A stretch of 36,784 nucleotides of DNA from NCBI GenBank assembly GCA_041487975.1, contig JBGPOI010000003.1, positions 1 to 36,784 on the forward strand. The letters are read 5' to 3'. This DNA is from Candidatus Binatia bacterium (GTDB lineage Bacteria; Desulfobacterota; Binatia; Bin18). Position 1 is the stretch's first letter. Each line of letters opens with the position of its first letter. Position numbers and translations under genes: made by a program. Positions 26,685-36,784 of this stretch are shown here, one piece after another. The notes beneath the pieces were generated by a model. The model worked only from the letters and a program-made list of their open reading frames with translations. It ran no database searches and was not told where the DNA came from.

Positions 26685-27788
26685 TCAGAACAGCAGCCGC
26701 CTGGTGCTGACGTTCAGCGCCAGGCCCAGCGCAATCATCATGGTCAACAGCGACGACCCGCCGTAACTCAACAGCGGCAACGGCACTCCGACCACCGGGA
26801 GCATGCCAAGGTTCATGCCGATGTTGATCAGCATCTGCCAAAACACGATGCTGGCAGTGCCGGCGGCGATGAGAGCGCCGAAGCGGTCGCGTGCTTTCCC
26901 GGCAATGACCAGCAAGCGCAGCAGCAGGGCACAGTAGAGGGTCAGCAGCACGGTGGTGCCGATAAACCCCCATTCTTCGGCTATCACGGCGAAGACAAAG
27001 TCAGTGTGTTTCTCCGGCAGGAAATCGAGGCGGTTCTGCGTTCCCTGCAGAAACCCTTTGCCCCACAACATCCCCGAACCAACAGTGATCTTGGACTGGA
27101 TCATATGATAGCCGGTGCCAAGTGGGTCGCTATCAGGATTGAGGAACGATAACACCCGCTGCTTTTGATAGGATTTCATATGCCGCCACAGCACTGGCAG
27201 GACACTGCTCCCAGCAATCCCCGCCAGTGCGAACGAACGCAGGCGTATCCCGGCGGCGAAGACCAAGCTGAGGAAGAGCAGCCCGAGCACCATGGCGGTC
27301 CCAAGATTGGGCTCGGCCAAGACCAACCCTGTCGGGATCGCCGCTACAATTGCCGGATAGATTAAGTCCCGCAAGCCATATCCTTGAGGCGGAGCATAGC
27401 GGTGAAAGTCGCGGGCCAGCACTAACAGCAGCGTCACCTTCGCTAGCTCAGACGGCTGTACGGAAAAGAAGCCGAGAGCGATCCAACGACGCGCTCCTCC
27501 GCCGAACGACCCCAATACGGGCACAAGTACGAGCAGCAGGAGCGACAAGCCATACGGAATATACGCCCAGTTCTCCAGGCGCCGGTAATCAATCGCGAAG
27601 GCGGCAAACATGCCGAGCAGGCCCAGGACCGCCCAACTGATCTGACGGGTCGCCCAGGGACTGAGCCGGTGTCCGCTCTGGTAAGTTGCGCTGTACACGG
27701 CCATCATCCCGACGCCGAGCAACAGCAAGATCAACAGCAGCAACAACCAATCAAGATGAGATATCAGTCTTCGGTCGAACCTGAGCAT
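26685..27788 (-). CDS. rodA: rod shape-determining protein RodA
   Basis: GARRWI, QPSELAK, EPNLGTA, YQKQR, GYHMIQSKITVGSG, LPEKHTDFVF and GVPLPLLSYGGSS. Confidence 0.96.
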   Translation of the reverse strand: MLRFDRRLISHLDWLLLLLILLLLGVGMMAVYSATYQSGHRLSPWATRQISWAVLGLLGMFAAFAIDYRRLENWAYIPYGLSLLLLVLVPVLGSFGGGARRWIALGFFSVQPSELAKVTLLLVLARDFHRYAPPQGYGLRDLIYPAIVAAIPTGLVLAEPNLGTAMVLGLLFLSLVFAAGIRLRSFALAGIAGSSVLPVLWRHMKSYQKQRVLSFLNPDSDPLGTGYHMIQSKITVGSGMLWGKGFLQGTQNRLDFLPEKHTDFVFAVIAEEWGFIGTTVLLTLYCALLLRLLVIAGKARDRFGALIAAGTASIVFWQMLINIGMNLGMLPVVGVPLPLLSYGGSSLLTMMIALGLALNVSTRRLLF

Positions 27789-29625
27789 GCTCTCCCCTCT
27801 CTCCTCGGGTGAGGGCAAAGTAGTCGGCTAGCACCTTGCGCACGACTGGCGCCGCGGCTGCGCCCCCGCCCTCGCCAACATGCTCGAGCAGACAGGCTAC
27901 GGCCACCTCGGGGGCATCAGCCGGCGCGAACGCGATGAACCAGGCATGATCTCGGTATTGCCGGGGCAGCGTCTTTCCCTTGCCGCGGGTCCCGGCGATC
28001 ACCTGGGAAGTCCCCGTTTTGCCCGCCACGAGGATATCAGGTAACTGCGCTTTCTTGCCGGTTCCCTGAGGACTGTTGACCACGTCACGCATGCCGGCTT
28101 GGACCAACTGCACGGTCTGAGGCTTCAGGTCGATCTTATTGATCACCTCAGGCTCATACTCTCGCACCGTCCCGTTCTCATCATCAACCACCCGTTTGAC
28201 GACGTGCGGACGATAGACCGTGCCACCATTGGCGATCGTCGCAGCCACCACCGCCATCTGTAGCGGCGTGGCGGTGACATACCCCTGCCCGATCGCCACT
28301 GACAACGTCTCTCCGGCGAACCAAGGAGCGTTGAGGATTCGCTTTTTCCAGGTCGGATCGGGAATCACCCCACCTACCTCGTGATCAAGCGCAATGCCCA
28401 AGGGGTCACCTAAGCCAAAGCGCCGGGCATACTCGGCGATGGCGTTAATGCCGAGTCGCTGACCAACCTGGTAGAAATAGACGTCGCATGATTGAGCGAT
28501 GGCTTGCTGCAGATCAAGACTGCCATGCCCGCCCTTCTTCCAGCAATGAAACACGTGGCTGCCAAACGGTAAGCTACCGGAACAGGAGAAGCGCGTGGCG
28601 GGCGTGATGAGACCCTTTTCCAGGGCCGCCGTAGCCAGTATCACCTTAAAGGTCGAACCCGGCGGATACTGGCCTTGGATCGCGCGGTTACTCAAGGGAT
28701 GCAGTGGATCTGCAATCAGGGTGCGCCATTCATCGGTTTTGATGCCGCGCGCAAAGACGTTGGGATCAAACACCGGACGGCTCACCATAGCCAAGACGTC
28801 CCCCGTATGAACGTCAAGGACGACGATCGCGCCTTCTTTCCCTTCGAGTGCGGCTTCGGCTGTCTTTTGCAGGTCCTGATCCAAGGTCAGCGTCAAGCTT
28901 TTCCCGGCCTGCGCTTCCACTTCCCCCAACACGCGGAGCCGCTTACCGGTGGCGTCAACCTCGATTTGTTGCCCGCCGCCCTGGCCGCGCAACTCCGGCT
29001 CCCACTTTTTTTCTATGCCGAACTTGCCAATGAGATCCCCCAGGCGGTACCCGGGGAAAAGCGTCATTTCCTGCGAGTTGACTTCTCCTACATAACCGAG
29101 GAGGTGAGCCGCCAAGCCATCGGGGGGATACTGCCGTTTGGTGCCGACTTCAACGTCGACCCCGGGGATGTCTAATTGATGGGACTCCACGGCGACAAGC
29201 GTACCCCAGGTGATATCTTTCGCCAGCACTACTCCCTCATAGGAAGGGCGACGCGAACTGCGCGGCAGCGAGTCCCCGCTCAGGCTGGTGTTGTCGGTCA
29301 AATAGCCGGACAGCGCGTGCAGCGTCGCTTTCACATCCGGAGCATCCTCTGGCACCAGCACGACATTGAACGACGGACGGTTGTCAAGCAGGACTCGCCC
29401 CTGGCGGTCGTACACCACTCCGCGCAGAGGGGGAGTACGCTTGAGGCGCAGGCGATTGTTCTCGGAGAGCGAACGGAGATTCTCACCTTCTCTCACCTGC
29501 AAACGCCATAAGCGAGAGACGAGCAGGGAAAATGCCACGAGCATCAGTAAGGCGAGGACACCTAAACGGGGAGTGCAGGAAGGAGGAGATTCCCGTGGAC
29601 GGAGCACACTGTGTGGCTCAAGCAT
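27751..29625 (-). CDS. mrdA: penicillin-binding protein 2
   Basis: N-terminal TM, RGVVYDR, YPPGSTFK (SxxK), SCD, KTG; follows mreD. Confidence 0.96.
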   Translation of the reverse strand: MLEPHSVLRPRESPPSCTPRLGVLALLMLVAFSLLVSRLWRLQVREGENLRSLSENNRLRLKRTPPLRGVVYDRQGRVLLDNRPSFNVVLVPEDAPDVKATLHALSGYLTDNTSLSGDSLPRSSRRPSYEGVVLAKDITWGTLVAVESHQLDIPGVDVEVGTKRQYPPDGLAAHLLGYVGEVNSQEMTLFPGYRLGDLIGKFGIEKKWEPELRGQGGGQQIEVDATGKRLRVLGEVEAQAGKSLTLTLDQDLQKTAEAALEGKEGAIVVLDVHTGDVLAMVSRPVFDPNVFARGIKTDEWRTLIADPLHPLSNRAIQGQYPPGSTFKVILATAALEKGLITPATRFSCSGSLPFGSHVFHCWKKGGHGSLDLQQAIAQSCDVYFYQVGQRLGINAIAEYARRFGLGDPLGIALDHEVGGVIPDPTWKKRILNAPWFAGETLSVAIGQGYVTATPLQMAVVAATIANGGTVYRPHVVKRVVDDENGTVREYEPEVINKIDLKPQTVQLVQAGMRDVVNSPQGTGKKAQLPDILVAGKTGTSQVIAGTRGKGKTLPRQYRDHAWFIAFAPADAPEVAVACLLEHVGEGGGAAAAPVVRKVLADYFALTRGERGEHAQVRPKTDISS

Positions 29626-30141
29626 TTACATCCTGTAGTCGAACGGCTCGCCACGGTAGAGCAAGGCAAACACCAGCGGAGTGAGCACCATCGCCACCGT
29701 TGCGTCCCACATGACATACCGTGCCACCATGGGTTGCAACACCTCGGCGAGTTCGCCGAACTCGCCGAGAAACAAGAACGCACCAGTCTTGAGCACGACC
29801 GCGAGAAATACCATGGACAGGACGGACAGCGGGTTGTTCAGCCACAAGCACCGCGAGGCTGCCGTGACTCCGGCGAACACCAAGCTCATGGCAAAGGCGT
29901 TCATTCCCACCGGTACGCCCGAGCACGTGTCAAGTCCATAGCCGAGAAAGAAAGCCCCCGCAGCCCCTCCGGCAGAGCGATGGTAGATGCCGAGATAAAC
30001 ACAGAGAATCAAGAGCAGGTCGGGAACCCAGGGGAGATAATGAAAAACCGTAGTCTGCAAGAGAACGGCACTGACTCCGCTGCACGCCAGCAGCGGCAGC
30101 GTCCATCTGTTTTTCTCCCTGGAACCGTCACTCTCCCGCAC
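29626..30141 (-). CDS. mreD: rod shape-determining protein MreD
   Basis: Hydrophobic multi-TM protein with LQTT..PDLLLIL..G...AFFLG..LD, between mreC and mrdA. Start approximate. Confidence 0.88.
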   Translation of the reverse strand: MRESDGSREKNRWTLPLLACSGVSAVLLQTTVFHYLPWVPDLLLILCVYLGIYHRSAGGAAGAFFLGYGLDTCSGVPVGMNAFAMSLVFAGVTAASRCLWLNNPLSVLSMVFLAVVLKTGAFLFLGEFGELAEVLQPMVARYVMWDATVAMVLTPLVFALLYRGEPFDYRM

Positions 30142-30961
30142 GGACAACACCGGGAGTGACCACCAGGACCTCTTCCACTTTGGAGAGTTCGGCACTGAGC
30201 ATAACCTCCACATCTTGGAACATCCGGCTGTCTTTCGTCCCCACCCGCGCCACAGTTCCGATCATCTGGCCCTTGGGGAAGGTGCCATCAAGGCCCGAGG
30301 TCACAACCTGGTCTCCCACCTGCACCTCATCCCCACGCTGGACGTATTTCAGCGTACAACCACCCTCAATCGTTCCGGCCGCGATCCCATGCGTCCGGGT
30401 TCGTTGCACCAGAGCATCCACCCCGCTGTTAGGATCAGAAACCAGCAGTACGCGCGCCGTATGGGCGCTGACCGACAGAACTTTCCCCACCACACCCTCG
30501 GGCGTAAGCACTGCCATCCCCTTGGTGATGCCGTGCGTTTCCCCTTTATCGAGAATCACCGTCTGGACCCAGACGACGGGGCTGCGGCCGACCACGTGGG
30601 CGGCCACCGCCGTGACCCCGAGTTCGTCGCGTAGCGCCAGGAGTTTCTCCAGCCGCTGGTTGGTCAGATCGAGTTCCAGCGCCTGCTGCTCCATTCCTGC
30701 CAACGCTTCCAGCCGCTGGCGTAACGCCTCATTCTGTTCCCGGACAGACCACAGCGCGACGTAGCGCTCCCACAGCCGCTCGGCCCGCTGCCCCACGGCG
30801 GTCGCCCCAACTTGAAGCGGGTGCATCACTTCGAGCAACAGCACCCCGACCGGGTCGATGCGATATGGGGCTCGCGTATTCACCGCGGCCAGGAATAGAG
30901 AGAGCAGCAAAAAGAACCCACAGGACAAGATCACCCGGTATCGGCTGAGTAATCTCTGCAT
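30128..30961 (-). CDS. mreC: rod shape-determining protein MreC
   Basis: TM plus coiled coil (NQRLEKLL), ILDKG..GI..GMAV..EGVVGKV and VVTSGLDGTFPKG. Confidence 0.95.
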   Translation of the reverse strand: MQRLLSRYRVILSCGFFLLLSLFLAAVNTRAPYRIDPVGVLLLEVMHPLQVGATAVGQRAERLWERYVALWSVREQNEALRQRLEALAGMEQQALELDLTNQRLEKLLALRDELGVTAVAAHVVGRSPVVWVQTVILDKGETHGITKGMAVLTPEGVVGKVLSVSAHTARVLLVSDPNSGVDALVQRTRTHGIAAGTIEGGCTLKYVQRGDEVQVGDQVVTSGLDGTFPKGQMIGTVARVGTKDSRMFQDVEVMLSAELSKVEEVLVVTPGVVRAGE

Positions 30962-30989
30962 GAGTCTCGCTCAGATAGCGGTTTTTTCG

Positions 30990-32072
<1,083 letters not shown>

Positions 32073-32164
32073 TTAGCAGAATTCATTTCTCTGAGCAAGT
32101 CGCAGTAGGATGTTGATTTTTTCCCCTTGTTTATTATAGGCTGAAAAGGAGGAGGTTTAAACCA

Positions 32165-34084
32165 GTGCTTGAATTCATGCGCCGCCGCACGCGATCATCG
32201 GTAATTAAAGTTTTATTTTCTATTATCGTCCTGGTGTTCATTTTCTGGGGAGTGGGCGGACCCGTGAGCGGCAACCGGCCCGACGTGATTGCCAACATCA
32301 ATGGGCAACCGATTTCGTATAAAGAATTTCAACGCGCTTACGGAAACGTCAAGGCAACGTATCGCGACGCATACAAAGATCGTCTCACTCCCGAAATTTT
32401 GCAGATGTTGAACTTAAAAGAACAGACCCTCGACCAACTCGTCAATGCCAAACTCATGGAAGGAGAAGCACGACGGCTGAGATTCTCCGTCGATGACGAC
32501 GAAATACGACAGGCGATTGCCGCCATGCCGGTTTTTCAGACGGAGGGGAAATTCAATCAGACGCAATACGCCCGGGTCCTTCGCTTCTACCAGGCAACCC
32601 CAGGCGAATTTGAAGAGGAACAGCGCGCACAACTGTTGAGAAAGAAACTCGAGTCCTTAATGAGTAATGCCCCGCAGGTCACCGATGACGAGGCTCAGGA
32701 TCTTTTTCGCCTGGCTGCCGAGAAGGTAAACCTGTCTTTCGTCAGCGTGGCCTCGGCCGACTTGTTGCCTAAGGGCACGATCGAGAAAAAAGAAACCGAG
32801 GAATTTTACAACACACATCGTGAGTCTTTTCGTCAACCCGAACGGGTCCGTTTCGCGTACGTCGCCTACCCCGCGGCGCACTTTACCTCCCAGGTACAGA
32901 TTTCCGACGAGGCCATAGCCGAGGTCTACAACGACAACAAAGACACACGCTTTACAACCTCCGCCCGCGTCCAGGCTCGACACATTTTATTTTCCCTCTC
33001 TGCCGATGCTTCAGCGGAAGACAGAGAGAAAGCTCGCACCACTGCGAGTGAGGTCCTTCAGCGCGCGCGCGCTGGGGAGGACTTTGCCACCTTGGCCAAG
33101 GCATACTCCCAGGATACCGCGACCGCGGGCAAGGGAGGAGACCTGGGAACTTTCGCGCGCGGCCGCATGGTGAAACCGTTCGAAGAGGCCGCCTTCAATC
33201 TGCCCGCGGGCGGCATCAGCGACCCGGTCGAAACTCCCTTCGGCCTCCACCTCATCAAGGTCGAGGAAGTGCTGCCCGCGCAAGCGCGCCCACTCGACGA
33301 AGTCAAAGAAGAAATCCGCCAGGAACTCGTGCAAGCGCGCGCGCGCGACTTGGCTAGCGAGCGTGTCCGGGCAGACCGGAGCAAAATGCAGAACGGCACT
33401 TCCCTGGCTGAGGTCGCCCAGGCCGCAGGCCTCACTGTCGTGGAAACTCCGCTGGTGGCACGAGACGAGACCTTGCCTGACTTGGGGCGGCAACCGACCC
33501 TGATTGAGGCCGTTTTCGGCTTGTCGCCGCAACAAGTGAGCGAGCCTGTGCAAGTGCAAGACACGTGGTATCTGCTTTCCCTGCGTGAGAAGGTGCCCTC
33601 CGCAATTCCAGACTTTGCGACCGTTGCTGAAGAGGCAGAGAAACGCTGGAAGAGCGACAAAGCCGAACAGTTGGCGCAGGAAAAAGCTAATGCGCTGTTG
33701 GCGCGGGTGAAAGAAACTAAGGACTTGGCCGCCGTCGCGGCGCAAGAACATTTGAAGGTCGAAGAAACCGGCCCATTTACGCGGCAAGGCGGCTATATCC
33801 CCAAGATCGGCAGCTTGGCGGATTTGAAAAAAGCCGCGTTTCGTCTGACCAGCGAGGCGCCAGTTATCCCTCAGACATACCTGTGGGGAGGAAACGCATT
33901 TGTCGCAGTCCTGAAAGAGCGGGTCCCGCCCAGGCCGGAAGAGTTTGAGAAAAAGAAAGCCGCGCTACGAGAGGAATTCCTCAAACGCAAACAGGATATA
34001 GTAGTAGACGAATTCGTGCGCTACTTGAAGCAGCGCGCTACCATCACTTACAATCAGGACGTGTTGCAGAAAATCCCAGGCTAG
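32165..34084 (+). CDS. ppiD: PpiD/SurA-like membrane-anchored peptidyl-prolyl isomerase
   Basis: MLEFMRR..TM anchor, SurA-N-like region and parvulin motifs ARHIL, FATLAKAYSQD, GGDLG, MVKPFE, PVETPFGLHLIKV. Confidence 0.88.
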   Translation: MLEFMRRRTRSSVIKVLFSIIVLVFIFWGVGGPVSGNRPDVIANINGQPISYKEFQRAYGNVKATYRDAYKDRLTPEILQMLNLKEQTLDQLVNAKLMEGEARRLRFSVDDDEIRQAIAAMPVFQTEGKFNQTQYARVLRFYQATPGEFEEEQRAQLLRKKLESLMSNAPQVTDDEAQDLFRLAAEKVNLSFVSVASADLLPKGTIEKKETEEFYNTHRESFRQPERVRFAYVAYPAAHFTSQVQISDEAIAEVYNDNKDTRFTTSARVQARHILFSLSADASAEDREKARTTASEVLQRARAGEDFATLAKAYSQDTATAGKGGDLGTFARGRMVKPFEEAAFNLPAGGISDPVETPFGLHLIKVEEVLPAQARPLDEVKEEIRQELVQARARDLASERVRADRSKMQNGTSLAEVAQAAGLTVVETPLVARDETLPDLGRQPTLIEAVFGLSPQQVSEPVQVQDTWYLLSLREKVPSAIPDFATVAEEAEKRWKSDKAEQLAQEKANALLARVKETKDLAAVAAQEHLKVEETGPFTRQGGYIPKIGSLADLKKAAFRLTSEAPVIPQTYLWGGNAFVAVLKERVPPRPEEFEKKKAALREEFLKRKQDIVVDEFVRYLKQRATITYNQDVLQKIPG

Positions 34085-34095
34085 AGAGGAGGCCG

Positions 34096-34545
34096 ATGAC
34101 GATGCTGAAAGCTGGCGATACCGCCCCTGAATTCATCGTGCAAACGCACGACGGGAAAGATCTCTCGCTTGCAAGCCTGCGCGGGAAAAAGGTCCTGCTA
34201 TGGTTTTACCCCAAAGCGGACACCCCAGGCTGAACTACGGAAGGCCGCGGGTTCCGCGACCAGATTGCCGATTTTCGTGCGCAGAATGTAGAAGTACTCG
34301 GAGTGAGTTTCGATACGGTGGCGGAAAACGCCGCTTTCGCGCAAAAATTCAGCTTTCCCTTCCCCCTCTTGTGTGACACCACTCGCGCGGTCGGCCTCGC
34401 CTATGGCGCCTGCGACAATGCCAAGGCCGGCTACGCTAAACGGATCAGTTACCTCATCGACGAACAGGGACAGATCCTCAAGGCCTACGATGCGGTCACG
34501 CCCCGTAGCCATCCGGCGGAAGTGCTGGCGGATTTGCTGGCGTAA
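34096..34545 (+). CDS. bcp: peroxiredoxin BCP/PrxQ family, selenocysteine-containing (149 aa)
   Basis: GAGGAGG RBS; MTMLKAGDTAPEF..LRGKKVLLWFYPKADTPG-U(TGA 34231-34233)-TTEGRGFRD..VLGVSFD..FPFPLLCD..RISYLIDEQGQI, in one frame across the TGA. Confidence 0.9.
34243..34261 (+). promoter_or_regulatory. candidate bacterial SECIS hairpin
   Basis: GG-C-CGCGG-[GTT]-CCGCG-A-CC. The apical loop starts with G and has 17 nt between it and the TGA. Confidence 0.7.
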
Positions 34546-34549
34546 AATC

Positions 34550-34581
34550 CTGGAGGGGTGACCGGCCGGTCGCCTCTCCAG
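34550..34581. terminator. GC-rich hairpin between convergent bcp and larC
   Basis: CTGGAGGGGTGACC-GGCC-GGTCGCCTCTCCAG, a 14-bp stem with two G-T pairs and no U-tract. Confidence 0.5.
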
Positions 34582-34586
34582 TCCTC

Positions 34587-35750
34587 TCACAACTCCCGGG
34601 CGCTTTTCGTCGCCGCCTCATAGACCAGTTTGAGCGGCACGTCTTGGTCTCGCGCTAAACGTTTACAGTCTTCATACTCCGGCGCGACGTTAACCCGGCC
34701 GTCAGGGCCGTACGCGAGTTTCACCCGCACGCTGCCGTAGGGAGTGACAACTTCTCGGCTCTCGCGGCGCAAGGCGACACGCGCGACCGGATACGAACGA
34801 ATACCAAGCGTCGAGGTCTCGGCGAAAAGAATCGCACTTAATTTATCACTATTAGTGATTTCTCCCAGCACCCACAGCAGCACGCCCGGCCGGTTCTTTT
34901 TCATCTGGATCGGCGCGAGAAACACGTCGCGCGCACCGGCAGCGAACAACCGCTCCATCACATGCTCATATAACTCGGGGTTCAGGTCGTCAATATTCGT
35001 CTCCAGCACAAGCAGTTGTTCTTCTCGCGGGGTTTCACTCGTGCTGCCAAGGAGCACTCGCAGGAGATTAGGCCGGTCAGGTAAAGTGCGCTCACCCGCG
35101 CCGTAGCCGACCGCGGTTAATTGTAATTGCGGTACGGCCTCGTGCTGCGCTACGGCCACAACGATTGCTGCACCCGTCGGTGTGACCATCTCCGCACCGC
35201 CGTCTTCGAGGCGTACCGGCCACCCTCTCAGTAATTCCACGGTCGCCGGTCCTGGGATCGGCAGCACGCCATGGCGCGAGGGCACTAACCCCTTCCCCAT
35301 CGGCAAGGCCGAGGCATAGACTTTTTCAATCCCCAACGCGTGCAGACCAAAGGCAGCGCCGACGATATCTACGATCGAATCGACTGCGCCCACTTCATGA
35401 AAATGTACGGCCTCGACAGCAACGCCATGAACCCGGCCCTCAGCCTCGGCCAGGACCGTAAAGATACGCAGGGCAGTTTCCTTCACCCGGGGGATCAGGT
35501 CGCTCTCCCGCAGCATGCGCGCAATAGCGCGAAAGCTACGTTCCCCCAGTGGCTCGCTCACCTCGACATCAAACTTGGTAGCACGGATGCCGCTCAACTT
35601 CCGTTCCGTCTGACTCAATTGATAGCCTGAGAGCGGCAGCTTCGCGAGTTCTGCGCGTAAAGCATCCAGTGAAACCCCTAAGTGCAGCAACGCGCCAACT
35701 GTCATATCACCGCTCAAGCCCGAAAAGGCGTCAAAATAGGCGATTTTCAT
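34587..35750 (-). CDS. larC: nickel-pincer cofactor biosynthesis protein LarC
   Basis: MKIAYFDAFSGLSGDMTVGALL, AEGRVHG..VHFHEVGAVDSIVDIVG, HG.LP.P.PAT, TPTGAAI, ETNIDD, MKKNRPG and PEYED. Confidence 0.95.
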   Translation of the reverse strand: MKIAYFDAFSGLSGDMTVGALLHLGVSLDALRAELAKLPLSGYQLSQTERKLSGIRATKFDVEVSEPLGERSFRAIARMLRESDLIPRVKETALRIFTVLAEAEGRVHGVAVEAVHFHEVGAVDSIVDIVGAAFGLHALGIEKVYASALPMGKGLVPSRHGVLPIPGPATVELLRGWPVRLEDGGAEMVTPTGAAIVVAVAQHEAVPQLQLTAVGYGAGERTLPDRPNLLRVLLGSTSETPREEQLLVLETNIDDLNPELYEHVMERLFAAGARDVFLAPIQMKKNRPGVLLWVLGEITNSDKLSAILFAETSTLGIRSYPVARVALRRESREVVTPYGSVRVKLAYGPDGRVNVAPEYEDCKRLARDQDVPLKLVYEAATKSAREL

Positions 35751-35819
35751 GTCACCCCTCGCTGTCGTGTGGCTTTCTGCTGTGTTCCTAGGCACTTCTG
35801 CCACTTTGAGCAACGGCGG

Positions 35820-36473
35820 TCACGTCGCTGGTTGCGTCTGGGTTAGGGAGAGGTCAACGCGCCGGGTCTTCCCGCTCTTAGGCGTCGTCAGCCGGTGGTG
35901 CGCCAGGTTGCGCCGTGCCTCAAGGAACCGGCCGGTGAAGTCGCTGTCGCCCCACTGTACGGCGCAGGCCTCGCCAATGCGGAGGCCGGTACGGGCGAGG
36001 AGCGAAACGAACGGATACCGCTGTGGGAAATGCTCCTGGCACGTGCGCAGCAACACCCCGAGTTCTTCGCGGGTCAAGAAGGTGGCTTTTTGCTGTTGCG
36101 CTCCTTCCTCTTTGCGTGATCTCCGCATAATGCGGAGACAGGGGTTACGGTCCACATGCGCGTCTTCGACCGCATGGCTAAACATCGCCCGCAAGGGAGC
36201 GAGGGCATTATTGGCCGTGCTGCGACTCTTCCCCCTCGCCAAGATGCCGTAGATGAGGGTTTTTACCTCTTCCCGCGTCACCGTGCCGATATCCTTCCGC
36301 CGAAAGGTCGGCAGGAGGTAGAGCCGAAAAGCATCCTCATATACGTACACGGTTGACGGCTTGCAATGCGCCTTGACGTAGGTGTCCAGCCAGTGGCGAA
36401 AGTAGGCGTCAAACGGCCGCTGCGGCTTCTCGTCCAGGAGCGAGAAGTCCCCTAAGCCTAATACGTCTATCAA
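35820..36473 (-). pseudogene. truncated phage-type tyrosine recombinase
   Basis: SAM-like N-domain, LTREEL..LL, LARTGLRIGEACAVQWGD and TTPKSGKTRRVDL, then a stop. HxxR and the catalytic Tyr are absent, and the 5' end also looks clipped. Confidence 0.85.
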
Positions 36474-36621
36474 GCCAGCCAGCGCACGTTCACATATGTG
36501 AACGGATCAACAGACGTACAAGGGTGCAAGCCACCCACCGCTCTATTCGCCTTCTCTTCTCTTGTTTCCTGACAACCGCACACGGTAGAGTCCGCCAGTT
36601 TACCTAAAGAAAGGGAAGCGC

Positions 36622-36784
36622 ATGAGCAGGAACATGCTTCTTCTTACAGTGACCGGAGTATTCGTAATGGTCTACGCTTACACTGAGGCAGCAACAGTAA
36701 ATGTCTCGAATGCTGGCGTAGACAGCTCCACCTGTGGGGCCACAAGCTCCCCCTGTCGCTCAATTAGCCAAGCAATTGTAAACG
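36622..36784 (+). CDS. secreted protein, N-terminus only (runs off the right edge)
   Basis: MSRNMLLLTVTGVFVMVYAYTEA-ATVNVSNAGVDSSTCGATSSPCRSISQAIVN: a signal peptide plus the D..CG...PC..I..A cap typical of beta-helix/pectin-lyase-like proteins. Confidence 0.7.
   Translation, partial: MSRNMLLLTVTGVFVMVYAYTEAATVNVSNAGVDSSTCGATSSPCRSISQAIVN

Noticed and set aside
34303-34545. 80-aa stand-alone ORF from the track
   Set aside because: It is the C-terminal half of the TGA-containing peroxiredoxin.
35820-36473. This recombinase as the integron's integrase
   Set aside because: It has phage-type architecture, lies 11 kb away and lacks its catalytic half; a true IntI tail sits next to the array.

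Overview
This is a GC-rich bacterial chromosomal window. The gene mix (hopanoid tailoring, F420-type LLM oxidoreductase, mre operon) would fit a deltaproteobacterial-like lineage, but the taxon cannot be fixed from sequence alone. From left to right it holds: (1) a stand-alone elongation factor G. (2) A minus-strand cluster of about 13 kb (2.7-15.6 kb) that pairs an unusual TE-less NRPS (acyl-CoA-ligase-like A, T, C, divergent A, T) with a methyltransferase-like gene, two alpha/beta-hydrolases, two glycosyltransferases, a polysaccharide deacetylase, an alkaline-phosphatase-superfamily enzyme and an Sfp-type PPTase. The cluster carries several lesions: an in-frame TAA in the NRPS, a TAG plus 5' loss in the PPTase, an A9-tract frameshift in one hydrolase, and a possible palindrome-linked frameshift. 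(3) An enoyl-CoA hydratase, a TPR protein and hpnA/hpnB/hpnG-like genes. (4) Gene relics followed by an integron missed by the ORF track: a 21-codon IntI C-terminal remnant co-oriented with the array, a probable attI, and three cassettes with canonical attC sites. (5) An LLM oxidoreductase, trxA, mreB-mreC-mreD-mrdA-rodA and a PpiD/SurA-like foldase. (6) A BCP-type peroxiredoxin whose catalytic Cys codon is TGA followed by a SECIS-like hairpin (selenoprotein). (7) larC, a truncated phage-type integrase and the start of a secreted protein.
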